Positions 60,880-64,000 of a stretch of 64,000 nucleotides of DNA are shown piece after piece; within the stretch, counting starts at the first letter, position 1, and the number at the start of each line of letters is the position of its first letter. The position numbers were made by a program, and so were the translations under genes. Source of the stretch: Octopus bimaculoides (Eukaryota); the NCBI RefSeq assembly GCF_001194135.2, contig NC_068990.1, positions 72,906,220 to 72,970,219 on the forward strand. Direction: 5' to 3'. Under the pieces are notes generated by a model, which saw only the letters and a list, made by a program, of their open reading frames with translations, was not told where the DNA came from and searched no databases.

Positions 60880-61365
60880 TAATAGTACTTATTCTTCATC
60901 CCCTCGTCTTCTGCTTCCCATACAATCTTGTAACAGCCCCACTCACTTTTACCTACCTAACGCCTTGAAGGGCAGTCTTGACACATCTATCTATTTCTTT
61001 ACAGCTTCAACTGATCATTCTCTGTCTCTCCTACTAAATGTGAGCAACCATGCAGCTCTTTGACAAGAATCTGCTCTGCCTCCTACATTTCTCTCATACT
61101 CTAAGACCAGATCCCTGATCATAAAACTGATCACATTCTCCCACAGGGTTTGTAGTCTTGCAAGCTGCATGGTGACTTTAATAGTGCTGGGGACACAAAA
61201 AATGGGCACCCAGTAAATGCTGTAAGGTAGCTGGCATTAAGAAGGGAATCTAGCCATAGAAACCATGCCAAAGCTGACCTGGGAGCATGATGCAGTCCTT
61301 GAACCTGTTGGATGCACCAACCCATGCCAGAATGGAATATGGATGATGAATGGTGATGATGATGA
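60880..61365 (+). mobile_element. C/T-rich-body family C element
   Basis: GTCTTGCAAG junction at 61155, TTAAGAAGGG...CCCATGCCAG...(GAT)n. Confidence 0.6.
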
Positions 61366-61860
61366 TTCAGTATGCAACTGACATCTATTCTGAAAAACAA
61401 AGAAAATCTAATGCTCGATTTTTAGATATAAAAACAAAAGTACTAAATACGAAAAAAAATGTTACCTTATTTACAAGGAAGCATAGAAATTAAACTGTCC
61501 TTCAGTATTTCTAGTACTGCTATCTTGTTTCTGAGTTGATATTCATCTATTGTGCCAATTTTATTTACAGTTTCTACAGATAAACAATAATCCTTGTAGG
61601 AACTTATGTTATTTCAGGTCATATTTTACAGAGAGGCATTGCAAGTTGCATCATACTTTTCAATTTTGCTTTGATATCATTCATACTACTGAATAAGCTT
61701 GCTATCTCGGTGTTTGATTTAGATGAGATTAGGAGTTAAGAGATTAAGAGCAAATATTGCAACATCACCGAAGGAATTCCTCCAGTAACATCTTCATAGT
61801 AAAAATGTTTTTTTCACATATTTTTCAGTCTTAGAAGTGCTGGCATATTTAAGCAAAGAG

Positions 61861-61891
<31 letters not shown>

Positions 61892-62151
61892 TGTAAATTC
61901 AACAGTTGTTAAATCATTCTCATGTAAAGACATTGATTCCAAACGAGGAATAATTGGTTCTTTTACATGTTTCAAAACATTATCTACAAAAAAAAAAACA
62001 AAAAAAAACGTGTCCTCTTCAAAATGCTAAAATTTTCTCGTAATCATTGCTTGAGGTATTGGTAAAAGTAAAGATAATTTTGAGATTTTTTCCTAGTAAT
62101 AATTTCCATTTATGAGCTGTTATCTTGCTATTATTTTTCATTCAAAACCAT

Positions 62152-62350
62152 GGTGGCAAGCTGGCAGAGTGGTTAGGATGCCAAGCAAAATTGTTAGTGG
62201 CATTTCATCTATCTTTATGCTCTAAGTTCAAATTCTGTTGAGGTCAGCTTTTCTTTTCATCCTTTAGGAGGTTGATAAAATAAATACCAGTTGAGGATTG
62301 GGGGGTCAAAGTAATCAAAAATTGCTGGCCTTGTGCCAAAATTTGAAACT
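62152..62350 (+). mobile_element. family A SINE
   Basis: GGTGGCAAGCTGGCAGA head and GCCTTGTGCCAAAATTTGAAAC tail. Confidence 0.85.
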
Positions 62351-62755
62351 ATTATTTCTCATTCAAAGCCAAGATTAAAGTTAGGATCCAAAAGTCACAA
62401 TACTAAAATTAGGATCAAAAGGATATATCATTATATTCTGCCTGTTAGCAGTACCAAGATATTTGCATATTTGCAATAGATTTGAACAGATAGCAAAGAT
62501 CTGTAAATATGTTTTACCTCTACATATGATTTAAAAAGATATTTTTTTTTAAAAACATGCTTTAAAGTAGGATATAAAAATACCAAAAATGAAAACTTAA
62601 AGATATTCTTGTAATCCCAATCCATTTGATACAACAGCTAAGCAGTGCTCATAGTTTTAAAATGAGCATGATTAAAAATTCTATCCACACAGGTTCAACT
62701 GCTAACCAACAAGCTCTACAAAAGTTCAAAATCTTCAATAGTTCTTTGTTATTAA

Positions 62756-62953
62756 CCCTATTGTTGCCATATTTCTACTGAAATACACTTTGAAAATAAT
62801 GAAGAATTTAGTAAAATAACTCATTATTAAGCTGATGGTTGAACCATAAATTAACATAAAATTTTGATAGGTTTTAATTTCAATCATTTTAAAACAAAAA
62901 TTTTTTTTATCATAGAACCAGGGGCAGTTCCAGATGAGTTGGTACTGAAAGAG
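62756..62953. mobile_element. piggyBac-like MITE (same family as 23993-24214)
   Basis: TTAA|CCCTATTGTTGCC...GGTACTGAAAGAG|TTAA. Confidence 0.7.
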
Positions 62954-63072
62954 TTAATGGTATGATACAAATGGTTGTTTGGTTGAGATGTGGGAGAAAC
63001 CACTGCATCCCAAACTTTTATGTTCCTTGGAAACATACAACGCATTTATAAGATACCACCAATTGGCAAATA

Positions 63073-63105
<33 letters not shown>

Positions 63106-63163
63106 CATCTAAACAGAATTAATGCTGGAACTTCTTGTAATTTCTAATACAAAAGAGTCTTAA

Positions 63164-63316
63164 CTCCTACTGTGACACTAGTATTTGTCAGTTCTAGTAG
63201 GCAATGGAATTTTTAAAGTTTAATTTTCCTATTTCCCATTTTTCTCAAGAGTACACTAGATTCTAGTATTGTAAATGCTAAATTGGCAACACTGATGTGA
63301 AACCCTACAGTAGGAG
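63164..63316. mobile_element. putative TTAA-type MITE
   Basis: TTAA|CTCCTACTGT...ACAGTAGGAG|TAAA; 13 of 14 bp inverted repeat including flanks. Confidence 0.4.
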
Positions 63317-63562
63317 TAAAAGTTGTTTGCTACAAATTTAACAAAGTGCAGTTATTAAATTGATAGAGATGTTTTATATATTATAGCAGATAATATAAAG
63401 TTTGGCTTCTACTGTACATTATATTCCAACTCAGCTTAAATTAACATGATTGAAAACAATTCCTACTCATCTGAAATAGTATGCCATCCAATCTAGTATC
63501 AGTCTAAGTTTGATAGCTGGATATTGTCCAGGAAGGCACCCCCACACATGCACATACTCTTA

Positions 63563-63607
<45 letters not shown>

Positions 63608-63719
63608 AAAAGATTCTATGAATACATTCATTACTGATTTGAAAGAAATCTGTATTTTGATTCTCAGTAAGTCTTAAATTCAGCATCACACTGGAATTGC
63701 CCAGTTTAGATTGAAAACA

Positions 63720-63990
63720 TAGTATCATCATCACGATCATCACGATCATCATGATCATCATTTAACATGTTTTCCATGCTGGCATGAGTTGAACGGTTTG
63801 ACAGGAGCTGGCAAGCCAGAGAGAATGCACCAGACTCCAACTGTCTGTTTTGGTTCAGTTTGTACAAGTGGATGCCCTTCCCAACACCAACCACTTTACA
63901 GAGTGTACTGGGTGCTTTTTACATAGCACCAACACAGGTATTTTTCACATGGCACCAGCACAAGAGGTTTTTACAAGGCACCAGCATATA
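63720..63990 (-). mobile_element. family C element with GGCACCAGCA repeats
   Basis: TTCCATGCTGGCATG...GGATGCCCTTCCCAACACCAACCAC. Confidence 0.85.
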
Positions 63991-64000
63991 TAGCCTAACT

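Noticed and set aside
61619-61800. Moderately complex segment after a TTATTTCAG acceptor
   Set aside because: Frames close within about 40 codons on both strands, with no good donor and no phase match to 58944.

Overview
AT-rich eukaryotic genomic scaffold with about 18 N-gaps (roughly 4 kb), mostly at (TA)n/(CA)n microsatellites. The repeat content (tRNA-headed SINEs, RTE-type 3' tails, very dense microsatellites) looks like an octopus/coleoid cephalopod genome; this is inferred from recalled repeat sequences, not from a search. No long genuine ORF is present: almost all track ORFs are microsatellite or gap artefacts. The window is mostly intronic/intergenic DNA filled with mobile-element relics: several SINE families (many with clear 16-21 bp TSDs), RTE LINE 3' ends, R4/Dong-like restriction-endonuclease retroelement fragments, a Tc1 and a mariner transposase relic, hAT-like and piggyBac-like MITEs, and a Helentron-associated (HINE-like) element. 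Short splice-site-bounded, phase-compatible exons suggest a plus-strand gene of unknown product (best supported at 15.6-17.8 kb, weaker at 29-59 kb), with a few minus-strand candidates. The most notable non-coding signals are two minimal type I hammerhead-ribozyme motifs (12613-12668 +, 42270-42355 -), a third degenerate one (34219-34261 -), and a 186-nt multi-hairpin fold-back element (38035-38220). No CRISPR array, rRNA or bona fide tRNA gene is supported.
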